64,000 nucleotides of DNA, taken from NCBI RefSeq assembly GCF_009914755.1, contig NC_060927.1. The stretch is one strand, 5' to 3'. This document shows, in pieces, positions 13,436 to 27,579 of this stretch (positions are counted from its first letter, which is position 1; every line of letters begins with the position of its first letter). The notes below the pieces were generated by a model, which was not told where the DNA came from, searched no databases, and worked only from the letters and a program-made list of their open reading frames with translations. The stretch is from the human T2T-CHM13v2.0 reference genome, Homo sapiens. Position numbers and translations under genes: made by a program.

Positions 13436-16400
13436 GTTGAATATCTAAATCACTTCCATGTAAGATATAATTCCAAGACATTAATAATTAATTATGAGCT
13501 TAAGTATTTTTGCTTTTGACTTATTATTTCAGAGAAACAAAAGTTATTTTGATCTATTAGTAAAAAGTCCTTTTCCACATTAAAAAAATTGTTAAATTAG
13601 AAAGCCTGTGTTTTCAAATATTATAAAATTTTTATTCATAAATTCTTGGCATGTGACCGACAGTTAAAAATTGCTTATTTCTTAGGTTTTCACTATGAAT
13701 TGAGTTATTAAGAGTTAAAATTCTGGCTATTACATGTTAACTGCAACTAGATGTAAAAAGAGAAATAATTCCATATACAGAAAGTATGAGAAAATAAGAT
13801 GTGTCTTTGGTAAGGAAGATTATAAGAAAGACATGAAGATGTGTTTTTTGTTAAACAAAAAGTAAGTTTGCCCTTTTAAAGGTTATGTAAAGGTTGTATT
13901 ATATTCAAGGAATAAAAGAATAGAATGATAACTGAATATAGAAATATAGAAAGTAGTGAAAAGGAATAGAAAAATTATAATAAGTTATAAAAGATTTATG
14001 AAAATCTTATCTTGTATATTCAAAGCTGATTGAGATTGGATGGATCTGTTTATAACATTTTATTAAAATTAGCTTTAGCATTAATTATACAAAATTTCAA
14101 TAGTATTAATAAGAAATAATAAAGGATTTTTAATTTACCTTTTCAGTAAACCGTAAAAACAAAAGAGAAAGGAAGAGACAGATTCTGTTGGTCTGATACT
14201 GTCTTTATTACGTCTTTTGATTGTTTGGAAAACTGAATTCCCTCTCTATTAAAAGGTAAACGTTTTGGCTTTTGGAATTTTTGAATTATCACTTTGACTA
14301 AATGAATGACTGTTATTTCATAGTAATCAGTCTACTTTGAAATCAAGTCTTTTTTAAACCTTTGACACATTTGGAAGGCTTTCCAAAATCAAATTTCAAA
14401 GTCTAAAATTAGGTTTGTTGATCTTGAACTAACTATTGGACATTCAAAAAAAGGAAGTCCAAGAGGGACACATTAGGCTTACTGGGATGTTAAAATTATA
14501 TGGGAAGCATTGTCAAATATGAAATAGTGTTTGAAATACTTTGAATTATATTTGTATGAATATGTAATTAATATGTGTTCCAAAATTGCATGAGATTTCA
14601 AACAAAAATTCTGCTGTGTCTTGGTAAGCACAGTAAATTACTTTATTCTGATGCTTTATTTTCCTTTAAAAGTTCTTTGCAAATCCTAAAGTGTTGTGTC
14701 TTCAAGAAAATTTATGAAAAGAACCACGACAAGAACTCTTGAATATAGATTTCTGATAACTTTGGAGATCATATCATTGGACTAGATTTAAAAATTCAGA
14801 CCTCTAATGAAAAACTGGTGGGTTTATGAAGATTATTAATCCAACATCAATCAGAACAATAATTAATTACATGGGACTGAACTGATGAAGGACTGACATT
14901 TCTAATGACATGACATTATTTCAAACACTGCTGGTTCTTTGATTGTTTTGTTTTCCAGACCTAAAAAAACTTTTTTTTCTTTTAAGCTGTTCATAGCTTA
15001 CAGCAACTTGGTAAAGTTTACTTTAGTAAACAAAAATGGAAACATTTACTTCTTCTTCCCACCTCATCCCTCCAGAATTCGGAAACTATTAGTGAGTATT
15101 CTTGTTTTATGGCAATATAGTTATTTCTATAAGTTCAACAATAATCTGTTTTCCTTTTATAACAGGACGCATTGGAAACATTGGCTATTTTTACCAACGC
15201 TTTGACTGGAATGGCATCTTTTCAGATATGGCCAGATTGCTTTGAGGGATTGAAGTTGACTTTATAGAGCCAGTAGAGTTTGAAAAGACTGGCCTCCTAA
15301 CCTGTATACATGGTTCCCTTATGAGGTTCTCAACCTTGCAGTAAGTAATGTCACTTCCTGACAGGCCCAGGAAATTCAAGATGTTTTGGGACCTCAAGAA
15401 AATAGAAATTCATCCAACTTGTACAGATATGACAGGCACAATCTGATGGTAAACCTTGGCTTGGCTTCTGAGCCACAAGAGGCTTTTAAAAGTCTAATCT
15501 GAAATTCCTTATGAAAAAGTTCCAGCAAAGCCAACTTAGAAGGAGCGTATGTGGCTGATCACTCTTATTGCTGCTCTTTATGCAAATAAACAGGCCAAGT
15601 ATAATGAGACTAACATTTATTTAACAAATAAATTAGTTCGATTATAATTATTTTTGTTAGAAGTAAGGGTGACTATAGAGAGAAAAATTAGGTTTCAGAA
15701 GAAAACTGTAATGTATTCAATATGTATTCAATATTAGTTTCTAGCCCAGTTCATTTTCTGTGTGGTTTTATTATCTATTTGAAATCTGGACTGAATCCTG
15801 AGTTGATTTTGGCTACAAGAAGTCTCTAAAGAAAAACCTGAATTTAATTTTCTTCATGATGTTTTAAGTTGGCTCTCTAATAGAACAGGTTTTTTCTTTG
15901 TCTTTTTGTCACCCTGGCATACAAATTATCTTTTTGATTATAATCCTTAAATGCGTATATTTCTATCATTCAAATTATTAAGGCTAGGTATCTCTCATTG
16001 TTTTACTTCTTCTAGGAAAACTAAAAGCATGCCATTTCAAAGACTAGAGATGATTCAACAGGTGACGGCAACTGAACTATATAAATCAATGCCTTGACTG
16101 AGATCTCGTTTTTTTTTGGTTTTTTTTGTTTGTTTTTTGCCGCCCTATGATGCCATTTCAATTTGGCTTTTGGGTACTCTCAAATTTTGTCACTGAGATG
16201 CCTTCTTCTTTCCCCTCAACACGGGGCAGGACTATTCAGGAATGGGCCTTCCCAGCAATGAGGGACACCTTGACACTCAGACTTTGATCATCAGTGCTTT
16301 CAATAAGAAAGATTTTTGATCAAAAGTGGGAAATAAGAAAGAAAAGAAACTTCATTTGAGAAATGCTAGCCCCCTTTAATTGTCAGACCCAGAGAACCTT

Positions 16401-18161
16401 TGAAATGTGACAGCATATGACAGAAGTCATGCCTTGCCCCCTCCTCCTGAGCTAAATAATTATCTCTTGAAGCCACTAGCTATGTGGGTTTTAGACTGAC
16501 ACCAAGTAGTCATAAAATGTTACATGCTGGTCACCATATAGTTCAACAATATATATCCACTCACTAACGTTACTTCTGTAGCCCAACAAGAATTCCTGTC
16601 AAACACCTTGTATCAGCCCATTCCTTGTCCCCTTTTGCCTTTAAAAATCTACTTTTAATGAAGATGAAACAGAGTACTCCCCAAGACAATGTGGAAGTAT
16701 GTCCTAGGCCAGTGTCCTCAATCTTGATCCAAATAAACTCTCTGTATTAATTTTGTCTCAGTTTCTTTCTTTAGGTCAATAAGGGCATGTGGAGAGCAAA
16801 GTTTTCAGTGGGAGGGCAGCAATTTCCATGTACAAGTATTCTTAAGACAAATGTCTGTTTGGGGGACTGTGCGTATAATATTTTTTAGTGAATTATGGTT
16901 TTCCTCTTGGTTTTCATGAAAATAATACATTGTTTCTTATTACAGTATTTCTCTCACATTTAGTAATAGCTCCTACTCTCACATGTATAATTATTACTAA
17001 CCTTTTAAAAATATAAATTACTGATTAAATTTATCTCAACAGTTCTTAAAATACCAGCCCATAGGAGTTGGTTATTAGATTACAAGTCACTAGAAGGGGG
17101 ACATCATGTTTGTTTCATCTTAAGTATCCATAGACACTAGCAACTATGTTTGCATATATTAGCTAATGAATAGATTTTGGCATTAATATCTTATTGTTCT
17201 CATTGATGGGAATATCACCACTCAGAGGCTCTGAGAACAATATCATGAAAAGTTGTTATTCCTCTCTAGATTCTTAAGAAAAAAGAAGTATAGATAAGAG
17301 TAAAACATATGTTCGCTCGAGTTTTATGTAAAGACAAAAACATTTTACTAACGAATATTCTTGAGCCATACTCTACTGAACATTTGTGGGGGTGTCACTT
17401 TTTCTATAGTAGGCTTATTGTGGTAAGATAGATTTTTTTAAAGGAACAGCTGCATAAAAAGAATGAACATGTTTAAGTATGTGATGCATTCTGCGTTGGA
17501 AATATTTTACACCAACTACCATAGACACTGGAAAGATAGACACTTACCTGCTTCACTTCATTCTTACATGAAGTGGGGTATTATTTATAATAACAATCGT
17601 GTTTTATTTCTTTGTTTGTTTGTTTCAGGTTTCTTCTTTTTTAGTTTTGTTTTCTTTTTTTCCCCATAAGTAAGGAAACAAGATCCTACTTTATGTAATT
17701 TTTCCTGTGTTGCATTAATAGGTAATATTTCTTTGATTTCTAGATAGAACATTATGCTTACTTCTTTTCATCTGCATTTTACTAGTCTTCCTGGTTACAA
17801 CTGAATTATAAGCGGAACAACAATATCAACTGATTATTTCTTCTATTTTTTCATAATATCTTTTGATAATTCCACCATCTTGCTCCCAGAGAGCAATACA
17901 GGGATGACTAATAAATTACGTCAGGGTTAATCAAATTCAGAAGAAAAACCATGGAAATTGGCTTTAAATTTGGGAGTGTATAAAAGAGAGTCATGAGATC
18001 ATATATTTACATGCACAATTTTATACCTATATGATAAAAATTATATATTAAATGTGTTTTTAAAAATCAGGAAAAATTTTTCCACAGTGACACAACTGGA
18101 AGGTTAGGTCTGCAGAGAAGTAATCAACCTTGGAGTGTCTGGGTACCTGTTTCTCTTATAC

Positions 18162-18464
<303 letters not shown>

Positions 18465-19693
18465 TCTCTTATACTTTCTTGAAGGAGGTTAATTTTGACC
18501 AGAATCGTAAAGAATGGCAGAGAAATAGGAAAAGTCATTGTGTGATAAGATATTGGACAATATAATTAGAAAAAAATGAAGTCATATTGGGAAAAGAAAA
18601 ATACATTTAGCTTCTCAGAAGGCGAGATTTGAGCCAGATATTAGATGGCTAAAAATATTAAGGGCAATGTTCATATTAAGGGAAGCATCATATCAGGACT
18701 GTCACCATCTGCTGGCAGACCTTCTCCTTTCAGCATCCCTTTCCTGTGAGAGATTCCTGGGTCTTGGCTGGTGCCTTGTATGTTGTACCAGTGACATTAA
18801 ATTGTGACCAGGCTAAAGGGTTGCTATTGCCTCTTCACACTACCTGGTCCTTCCTCCTTCTGGTTACCATTAGTGGAATAAAACTGAAATGTACTTTCTA
18901 TGCTGCATAGATGATTTAAAACTACTTTTAATTAGTGATATGGTTATTGTAGACTAGTTGTTCGTACTGGTCTCTCCAAGTTCTGAAAATTTTTCTCTTA
19001 AGGAAGTAACAGTTCATGTGGTCATAAGCAACTTGAGTTCTTCTCTTTTGAGGTTCTGATACCAGGCTAGTCTTAGACAAAACGTTACCTGAATTACTGG
19101 AAGAATTTTACTGTAGTGCCAGTTGTAAAGAGTACAACTGCTTCCTCTCCAAATGACTCGGATGTGGGGTATTCTTGAAATATTACAGATTTCACTGGCA
19201 GTTCTCCTTGTCTAATCCTCTAGAGACTATCACAGGACTCCAGCTAAGTTCAATGCCACAGTTGTCTGACTTGTCTGTCTTGGCCTGTTACGGTAACCAG
19301 GCAGTGACTTCCATTGCTGTTCCACAGGCCGCAAATACCTCAGAGTAATCTAGGCAATTTGAAGCCTCCTTGAATAGCTCTCCCATGTGAACAACGGCCA
19401 GTCATAGTTTCCCAGGTATCTCTGTGGGGTTTGGTAAATGACCCTTAAATAACCCCACACGCTAGGCAGGACCTTTTTGAGACTGTCATAAACAGGTGTG
19501 ATTTAGGTGTGTGTCCAGAGACAGGGAAGGGAATGCTTGCCATCTCTGCAAGCTGGCTTCAGCAGAGTGGGTTTTGGCACAGGAAGTGACAATAGCAGTC
19601 CCAGACAACATGATAACAAAGCCATTTAATTCTGCTCGTTTCCTTTCCTGCCATTTGCTAATCTAATATTGCTTCTAGGTTCTTACATATTAA

Positions 19694-20024
<331 letters not shown>

Positions 20025-22304
20025 CCCCAGTAGGACAAAATTCTACTCACTTCTTTGCAGCACTGCCATGAATTAGATCAAATACCTAACCTTTGTCTTA
20101 TTTCAATACGATTTGACAAATGAAGAAACTGAAAACATAGGCTCTGAATATCTCCTGAACCAGCAGCATTTGCCTAGGAAGGGTGTGAGTAGAGTCTCTT
20201 TGGCCTCTACCACATTATGTGGTCTCTGTGAGTTACTTCTGATAGTTTTTGAAATTGAAGTTGATGGTTAATTCTCTTTGTTCAGTAAAACATCTACCTT
20301 AGGATGCTGGGGAGAGAGGAGGGACCTTGGGAGACCTTCTGTCTAAAAACTTTGTATGTGCTCGTTTTCATTATAAACTTGTGGAAACTCTATCATCTTG
20401 AGAGTACATTATGGAGGTAGTTGGAGTCTATTTCCTCTTCCCAGGTGCCTCCTGGATTTCAATTAATTCTCCCTTTTGGAATTGACCAGCAGCCGTGGTG
20501 AGAGATTGCTTAGAGGCATAGCCTTCAGATCCCAAGCTTTTCATTTGAAACAGGTCAAATTATATTCATTTGTCTAGATGCTGTTGTTGCAGATGCCACT
20601 CTGTAGCTGAGAAAATTGCTCCTGGGAGATTAAGTTCCAATTTCTCCCATAGTCTGCAAGGCCAGAAGAAAACAAAAGGAAAATGTACGGAGCTATCCTT
20701 GCCCAATGGCAGAAGATAAACCTTTCTTCTCTGGAAAGAAAAAGAGTCTCTAAATACAATTTCCTGCCTTTTACACTCATGGGTATTAGCAAAGATTTTT
20801 TTACAATTTCCTCCACTAATTTTCGACAACACTACAGCCTCCCTCCAGAAGGAAAGTTATTATCTGTTATTTTTATTGGTATTTTTCTGCATGAAATTGC
20901 ATTTGCCTTTGGATAATATATTCAATTAGGAATTCTTCCTTAGCTACTGTGGTCATGATATTTTATTCTTTTATTTTTATATATCATTAATATATATACT
21001 TTGAAATATTCCTCATTATATATGTATTCATAATTTTTGTTAAAATACTTTAAAATTAGACTAGCATTAAAGTTCTCATATTTTTCATGTACCTGAAAGA
21101 TAGGAAAACTGTTAAAATATTTATTAACTCATGACATTAATTTTTATAGCTTTATGTCATAGCTTGTTTATGTTTAGAATAAAATTTCTCAATTTTGTAT
21201 TTTGGAATCCTTTGACTCACATCAAAGGATTCAAAGATTAAAAGAACAAAAATATATTGTCTTACAGTTTTACAGGTAGAGTGATTTTTGAAACAAAAAA
21301 ATGAAATTGAGCTTTAATTTACTTTCGTTTATATACAGCTGGTACCTAAGTCATGCCATCTTACCTAGAAAATGAACATGTTCCATTTCTGCCAAGCAAG
21401 TTGGCAATAAAACTCATTGATTGAGAAGAAACATTTCCTCAAAGAATGTGGAAAATTCCAACATATGCCTATGAAATCGAAACTCTGTTGTTTGCTGGAG
21501 TACCTTACTTCTAGAAAAATGTAGAAAGGACTATATTTATAATGAAACAACTCATGGAAAATGGAGTATGAACTTTAGTTAATATTAAAGTTCATGTTTT
21601 AATGTTGGCCATCAATTTTGAAAAATATACAGTATTAATATGTTAATAGAAGTTGTTATTGGGTACAGGGTATAGGGGAACTCTGTGTACCACCTTTGCA
21701 ATTTTTCTGTAAATCTAAAATTGTTCAAGAAATGTATACAAACAGTTTTTAAAAGGAAAAAGTTAGAACTTTGGGAATGACAGAATGAGAACCTTGGCAA
21801 ATACTCAGCTCCTTGCAAACTATAAAACTTCAATATTATCAAAAACACCTGCAAGCCAAATGTCAAAGGGTGGCATATAAAGTGTCCAACTTCTGAAAGT
21901 TTTATTCTTCTCTCTTTTCATTGAGTAAAACAAGATAAAGTTTAAAGCCAGCCATAGAACAATGCTGATGGCTTCTGGAAAACAATCTGACAGATGATGG
22001 GGTCAGTTTCATTGTTTTCTCATTTCATACAACTGATATTTTCTCCCCACTAAACTTAAGACTGATGATCCGAGGAACATGTGTCACTACCAGAATGAGA
22101 AAATCTTCAGAGACAAACACTAGTGTCCAGCAATAAAAGGACAAAGTCTTAGGGTGCTCTTTTTTGATCCACATCTAGCTCTCCAGGTGCTTGTGATCCT
22201 AGACTGCCCTCTCCCACTGATCATCAACAAACAGCTGTGTCTCATGAAAAGACTCATGCTCCAAAATTACCTCTTTTCTTGTTATCATCTATAAAAATGA
22301 TAAC

Positions 22305-22450
22305 AGCCAGTAATGGTGGCATATGACTGTGGTCCCAGCTACTCGGGAGGCTGGAGTGAGTGGATCAGCTGAGCCCAGGAGGTCAAGGCTGCAGTGAGCT
22401 ATGATCATGTGACTGCACTCCTACTTGGGCAACAGAGTGAGACCCTATGT
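22305..22450 (+). mobile_element. Alu single arm (AluJ right arm/FRAM-like) followed by a (TA)-rich tail to ~22590
   Basis: 'ggtcccagctactcgggaggctgg...gggcaacagagtgagaccct'. Confidence 0.85.
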
Positions 22451-22605
22451 CATATACGTATATATGTATATCTATATATATATTCTATATATATCTATAT
22501 ATATTCTATATGTATATATATTCTATATATATCTATATATATATCTAGATATATATCTAGATACATATATATATAGATATACATGTATATGTAGAATTGT
22601 AGAAT

Positions 22606-22825
22606 TGTAGAAAATGAGTTTTTGAAACTAAGAAATAGATTTACTGACCTACTTTTCTTTACCTTATACCTTCTTGGGTAATAATGTATCCATAGCTGTA
22701 TGAGTATTCAATGAGAGTTAATTTTTAACATTTGGACCTCCTGTTAGAATTCAGAGTATTATAATGATATAATGAAACTCTTTAAAGTACTAGAGTTAAT
22801 TGCAAAATTAAATATAAAATATAAT
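22606..22825 (+). repeat. Dispersed direct repeat, copy 1 (of 25550-25773)
   Basis: ~220 bp, roughly 90-93% identical by hand alignment to 25550-25773. Confidence 0.93.
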
Positions 22826-23080
22826 CATATGCATGAGATACATATATATGTATATGTGTATATATAAATGATAATGTATATAATAGTGACAATAAATAAC
22901 AGTCTCTGAGTGCTTACTATGTGCCAGGCAAACACCTATGATCTGATTAGTTTAACTTAGTTATCATGTCACATATATTTTACCTTTCTAAATAAAAAAG
23001 TATTAGGATTTTCTCTAACTTTCTTGGGAAAGAAATGAGAATATATTACAGTGATAATGCCTGTTATAACTTCTCATGGG

Positions 23081-23580
23081 TATATTAGTTTCCTGTCACT
23101 GCTGTAACAAATTGCCACAAACTTAGTGGCTTTAAAAAAATAAAAATGTATTACCTTACCGTTGTATAGGTCAGAAGTCTAAAATGGGTCCCAAAGTGTC
23201 AGCAGAGTTCTGTTTTCTTCTGGAGTTTCTAAGGGAGAGTTTGTTTTATTTCTTTTCCGGATTCTAGAGATTGCCAGCATTCCTTGCCTTCTAACCTTCC
23301 TTAATCTTCAAAGCTAACGGGCTAGTCAACTTTCTCATATTGCAACACTCTGATATTATTCTTTTCTCTCTCCTCCATCTTCTGGCGATCCTTGTGATTA
23401 CATTGAAACCACCCGGATATTCTGTCAGAATCTCCTTGTTCTAAGTGAGCTGATTAGCAATCTTAATTTCATCTGCATCCTCAATTTCCTTTTACCATGT
23501 AATAGAAAATATTCACAGGTTTGGGAAATTAGGATGTGGACATCTTTGTGCTTTGTGGGACTATTATTCTGCCTACCACA
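23081..23580 (-). mobile_element. MLT1 (MLT1D-like) MaLR LTR
   Basis: Reverse complement begins TGTGGTAGGCAGAATAATAG. The other end reads 'gctgtaacaaattgccacaaacttagtggctt'. Confidence 0.8.
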
Positions 23581-24668
23581 ATGGATATTTCCACATTTGA
23601 GAGAATAAACCCCAACCACTTGATGTCCAAGTTTTGAAAAGTTTCCAGACACCTACATTTAACTTCTTTGATTATATTAATTGGCCCCTTCTTCTCTACA
23701 TAACTACCATACAGTTTAATTTCATAAAATTCCTCTCTTTTCCTCTCCTTTATATTTGTGGTTTGAAGACAGGAAATCTTGTTTATCGTAAACTTTATGC
23801 CACCTCTTGTCTTGGCCTTTCCTATCACTGGCCTCTCTCAGAATTCTAATCACTATTACAGTTAACGGATTTGATATTTTCCATTCCTTAGACCTTTTAG
23901 GCACTAATGAATGAATTAAGCCATTATTTAATTTATTAAAATATTTATTAAGTACATACTATATGCTAAGTACTACATATTTAGGAGTCAGAAGGCAAAA
24001 ATCTTATAGTGTCTTCCATCAGTGAATTTACTATTTGGAAAGACAGATACACAAATAAAACATGATTAAAGGGTTGCCATTTCATAAGCTGCAGGAATGT
24101 CAATTAGCCAGAACCATAGATTATGAATGCTGTTATTAATAGTGCCTCTTTCACTCTCTGAAGTGTTTTTGTTTAAATGATAAATTATATTGCCTGTGTC
24201 AATTGAAACACTTGACAACAATGTATGACTGTCTCATTTTCATTCTTATCATGAATTATGTTACCAGAAGTTTTGTTCTTTGTCAACGTGACAAGTGATA
24301 TGTGGTTTTTATTGTAAACTTAATATACATTTCACTTATAATTTAGTGTGGGCGGTCTTCATATATTATAAACCCAGATGGATTTCTTGTATTTCTCATT
24401 TTTTGATCTGCCCAAATCTTCTATGAATTTTTAAAAATGATTTTTTTCTTATTATTGATTTTTGGTAGCTAAATATTATGTGGATAATTATTTTGTTTAT
24501 GATGTAAATAGCAATTCTCATTTTTTACTTCTTTTGGTTTTTTTCGGGTTGAATTAAAAATTGTATTCATGTACATGCATTGATTTCTGTTAGGCTCAGT
24601 TGTGATTGACGGGAAATTTGTCATCATGAAATCATTTCCCTAACCATATATTCAAATTTCAAGCCCTA

Positions 24669-24925
24669 GAAACCAAACACCACATGTTCTCACTCATAAG
24701 TGGGAGTTGAACAATGAGAACACGTGGACACAGGGAGGGGAACATCACACACTGGGGCCTATCAGGGGGTCAGGGGCTAGGGAAGGGATAGCATTAGGAG
24801 AAACACCTAATGTAGATGACAGGTTGATGGGTACAGCAAACCACCATGGCATGTGTATGTTCTGCACATGTATTCCAGAACTTAAAGTATCATTAAAAAA
24901 AAAAAGGAAAAAAAAGCAGAAAAAA
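24669..24925 (+). mobile_element. Short L1PA 3'-UTR insertion (L1PA7/8-like)
   Basis: 'aaccaaacaccacatgttctcactcataagtgggag...cttaaagtat' plus polyA. Flanked by the TSD AATTTC(A/T)AGCCCTAGAA. Confidence 0.9.
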
Positions 24926-25549
24926 AAATTTCTAGCCCTAGAAGAAGTTCCCAAGGTCGAGTTTTAGGAATTTGAGTCAGAAAAGCTTTAAAGAAAAGAC
25001 TAATAATCACCACATGGTTTATGCAGAGAAATGGTGGTTGATCAGGTTAATTAACTATAATTTTACAATGTACCAAAGATAAAAATCTGTTTCATATTTA
25101 GGTCTTTGAAACGTCACAAGAAATTAATTAGTTCATTTGTATAACAAAGACACAGTTTATCTTTATGAGAAAATCATGGTTAAAAGTTTGAAGAAGAACA
25201 ATTGTGCTTAGCAAAAGGGGTCCAGTTCTTTCCTTATGATCCATATTATGTTGCTGAGTGTCTGGAGTCAATTACAGATCATCTCTCTGGTACTGCCCTG
25301 AGTTCAGAAGGACTCAGAACTAAGTGTGGGAGAAACCAATCTTGTTTCTGAGAGTATCACATATTGACTTTGTTCACCTGGGTTAGACATAAAACTTAAA
25401 AATGAATGTGCATTTTGATGTTGACTTAAAAGGAAAGACATCAAGTCTTAATGTGAGACTTGTTCCCACTGCAATCAGAGAGAGACGCTTCCCCCAGAGT
25501 TGATTACCTGAAGTTCATTTAGATTCACAGCCATTGGTTGAATTCCAAC

Positions 25550-25773
25550 TGTAGAAAATGAGTTTTTGAAACTAAGAAATATATTTACTGACCTAGTAAT
25601 TTTTTTACCTTATATCTTCTTGGGTAATAATGTATTCATAGCTGTATGAGTATTCAAAGAGGGTTAATTTTTAGCATTTGTACCTCCTGTTAGAATTCAG
25701 AGTATTATAATAATATAATGAACCTCTTTAAAGTATTTGAGTTAATTGCAAAAATTAAATATTAAAATATAAT
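25550..25773 (+). repeat. Dispersed direct repeat, copy 2 (probable donor)
   Basis: TGTAGAAAATGAGTTTTTGAAACTAAGAAAT...TTAAAATATAAT, matching 22606-22825. Confidence 0.93.
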
Positions 25774-25854
25774 AAAAACACTAAAGCTGTAAAGATCAAA
25801 AACCAACATGTTAATGTGTAAATGTACCAGCTATCAATTAACCAAGTGCTGAAT

Positions 25855-26212
<358 letters not shown>

Positions 26213-26901
26213 TAACAAGAAAAGTCCAGGAATCTTAAAGGGAGGGAGTCTCCTGTGGTTACATAAATTATATGTGAAACTTGCACCCTGAATAGGATGA
26301 CAGGAGTCCATAAATTGATTTTGGATTGGTTATAATGAATTTTATTGTTTATTGCTCAGTATAAAGTGTTCTGTTATGTTCTGTGGTGGACCAGCATCTT
26401 AGATTTGCTCACGTCATATCTGTTTATCACCCTAGTTGGTTAGATCTAGTTAGAGTGAAATATATCATCCTACTTAGACATAGTTCAAGTTGTAAGTGAA
26501 AGACTTTTCTTTTATATTGGTGTATAGAAAGGTAGAGACAGTGTATGGCTTAGCTGAACTGAGGTGGTGAAAGTGTGCTGCACTGTGAACGCAGAGTGGT
26601 GCTTCTCAGTGGCCCTCTTTTGCCTTTTCAGATGTCAGGCCCTCTGACTGGCTTTAATCAACTAGTAAAACATCATGAACATGATCCAACTAATTTGTGA
26701 TGTGCTTTATATACATCTTGATTTGGATTGATAACCATTTGTTTAACATTTTTGCATCACTATTCATGAGTGATGATGTCCTGTGATATTCCTTGGAATG
26801 TTCTTGTCAGAATTTGATATTAACTCCATACTGAACTCATAAAATAAACTGAGAAGTATTTCTTATATTTTTTGGATAATTCATGGTAATATTGTTGTTT
26901 C

Positions 26902-27429
26902 TGTTGAGAACAGGCCCCCAAATCTGGCCATAAACTGGCCCCAAAACTGGCCATAAACAAAATCTCTGCAGCACTGTGACATGTTCGTGATGGCCATGAC
27001 ACCCACGCTGAAGTTGTGGGTTTATCAAAATGAGGGCAAGGAACATCTGGCCCACCCAGGGTGGAAAACTGCTTAAAGGTGTTCCTGAGTCACAAAAAAT
27101 AGCATGAGCGATCTGTGCCTTAAGGATGTGTTCCTGCTGCAGATAACTAGCCAGAGCCCATCCCTTTGTTTAGGCCCATCCCTTTGTTTCCCGTAAGGAA
27201 TACTTTTAGTTAATCTATAATCTATAGAAACAATACCTATCACTGGCTTGATGTCAATAAATATGTCAATAAACATATGCTGTCAATAAATATCTCTGTT
27301 AGTGGCTCTCAGCTCTGAAGGCTGTGAGTCCCCTGATTTCCCAGTCCACATTCTATATTTCTGTGCATGTGTCTTTAATTCCTCTAGCGCTGCTGGATTA
27401 GGGTCTCCATGATCGAGCTGGTCTTGTCA
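26902..27429 (+). mobile_element. MER9 LTR, the 5' LTR of the HERV-K(HML-3) provirus
   Basis: Starts TGTTGAGAACAGGCCCCCAAATCTGGCCATAAACTGGCCCCAAAACTGGCCATAAACAAAATCTCTGCAGCACTG and ends GAGCTGGTCTTGTCA, directly before the PBS. Confidence 0.9.
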
Positions 27430-27431
27430 AG

Positions 27432-27450
27432 TGGTGCCCATACATGGGGC
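27432..27450 (+). other. tRNA-Lys(CUU) primer-binding site
   Basis: TGGTGCCCATACATGGGGC versus the expected TGGCGCCCAACGTGGGGC. Confidence 0.8.
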
Positions 27451-27579
27451 TTGAACCCAGGTCGAAGGGTCGCCAGAGCAATGGTTGGAGAACATGGAAC
27501 TAAGCTGGAGGACACCCGAGTACTCTTAAGCAATTCCCGTGGTGAGTAAGAAGGGGAGCTCAGAAGCATCAGGGTAACA

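Noticed and set aside
21365-21550. Minus-strand ORF containing SSKQQSFDF, resembling AADACL2 GSSKQRAFDF
   Set aside because: Similarity is confined to ~9 residues. Flanks lack HGGG and the RW...LDAVV continuation, and the match would span an exon boundary in the real gene. Likely chance.
26913-26960. Tandem CTGGCCATAAAC/CTGGCCCCAAAA repeats and the GCCCATCCCTTTGTTT duplication (27155-27190) as novel arrays
   Set aside because: As I recall, these are normal parts of the MER9 LTR consensus.
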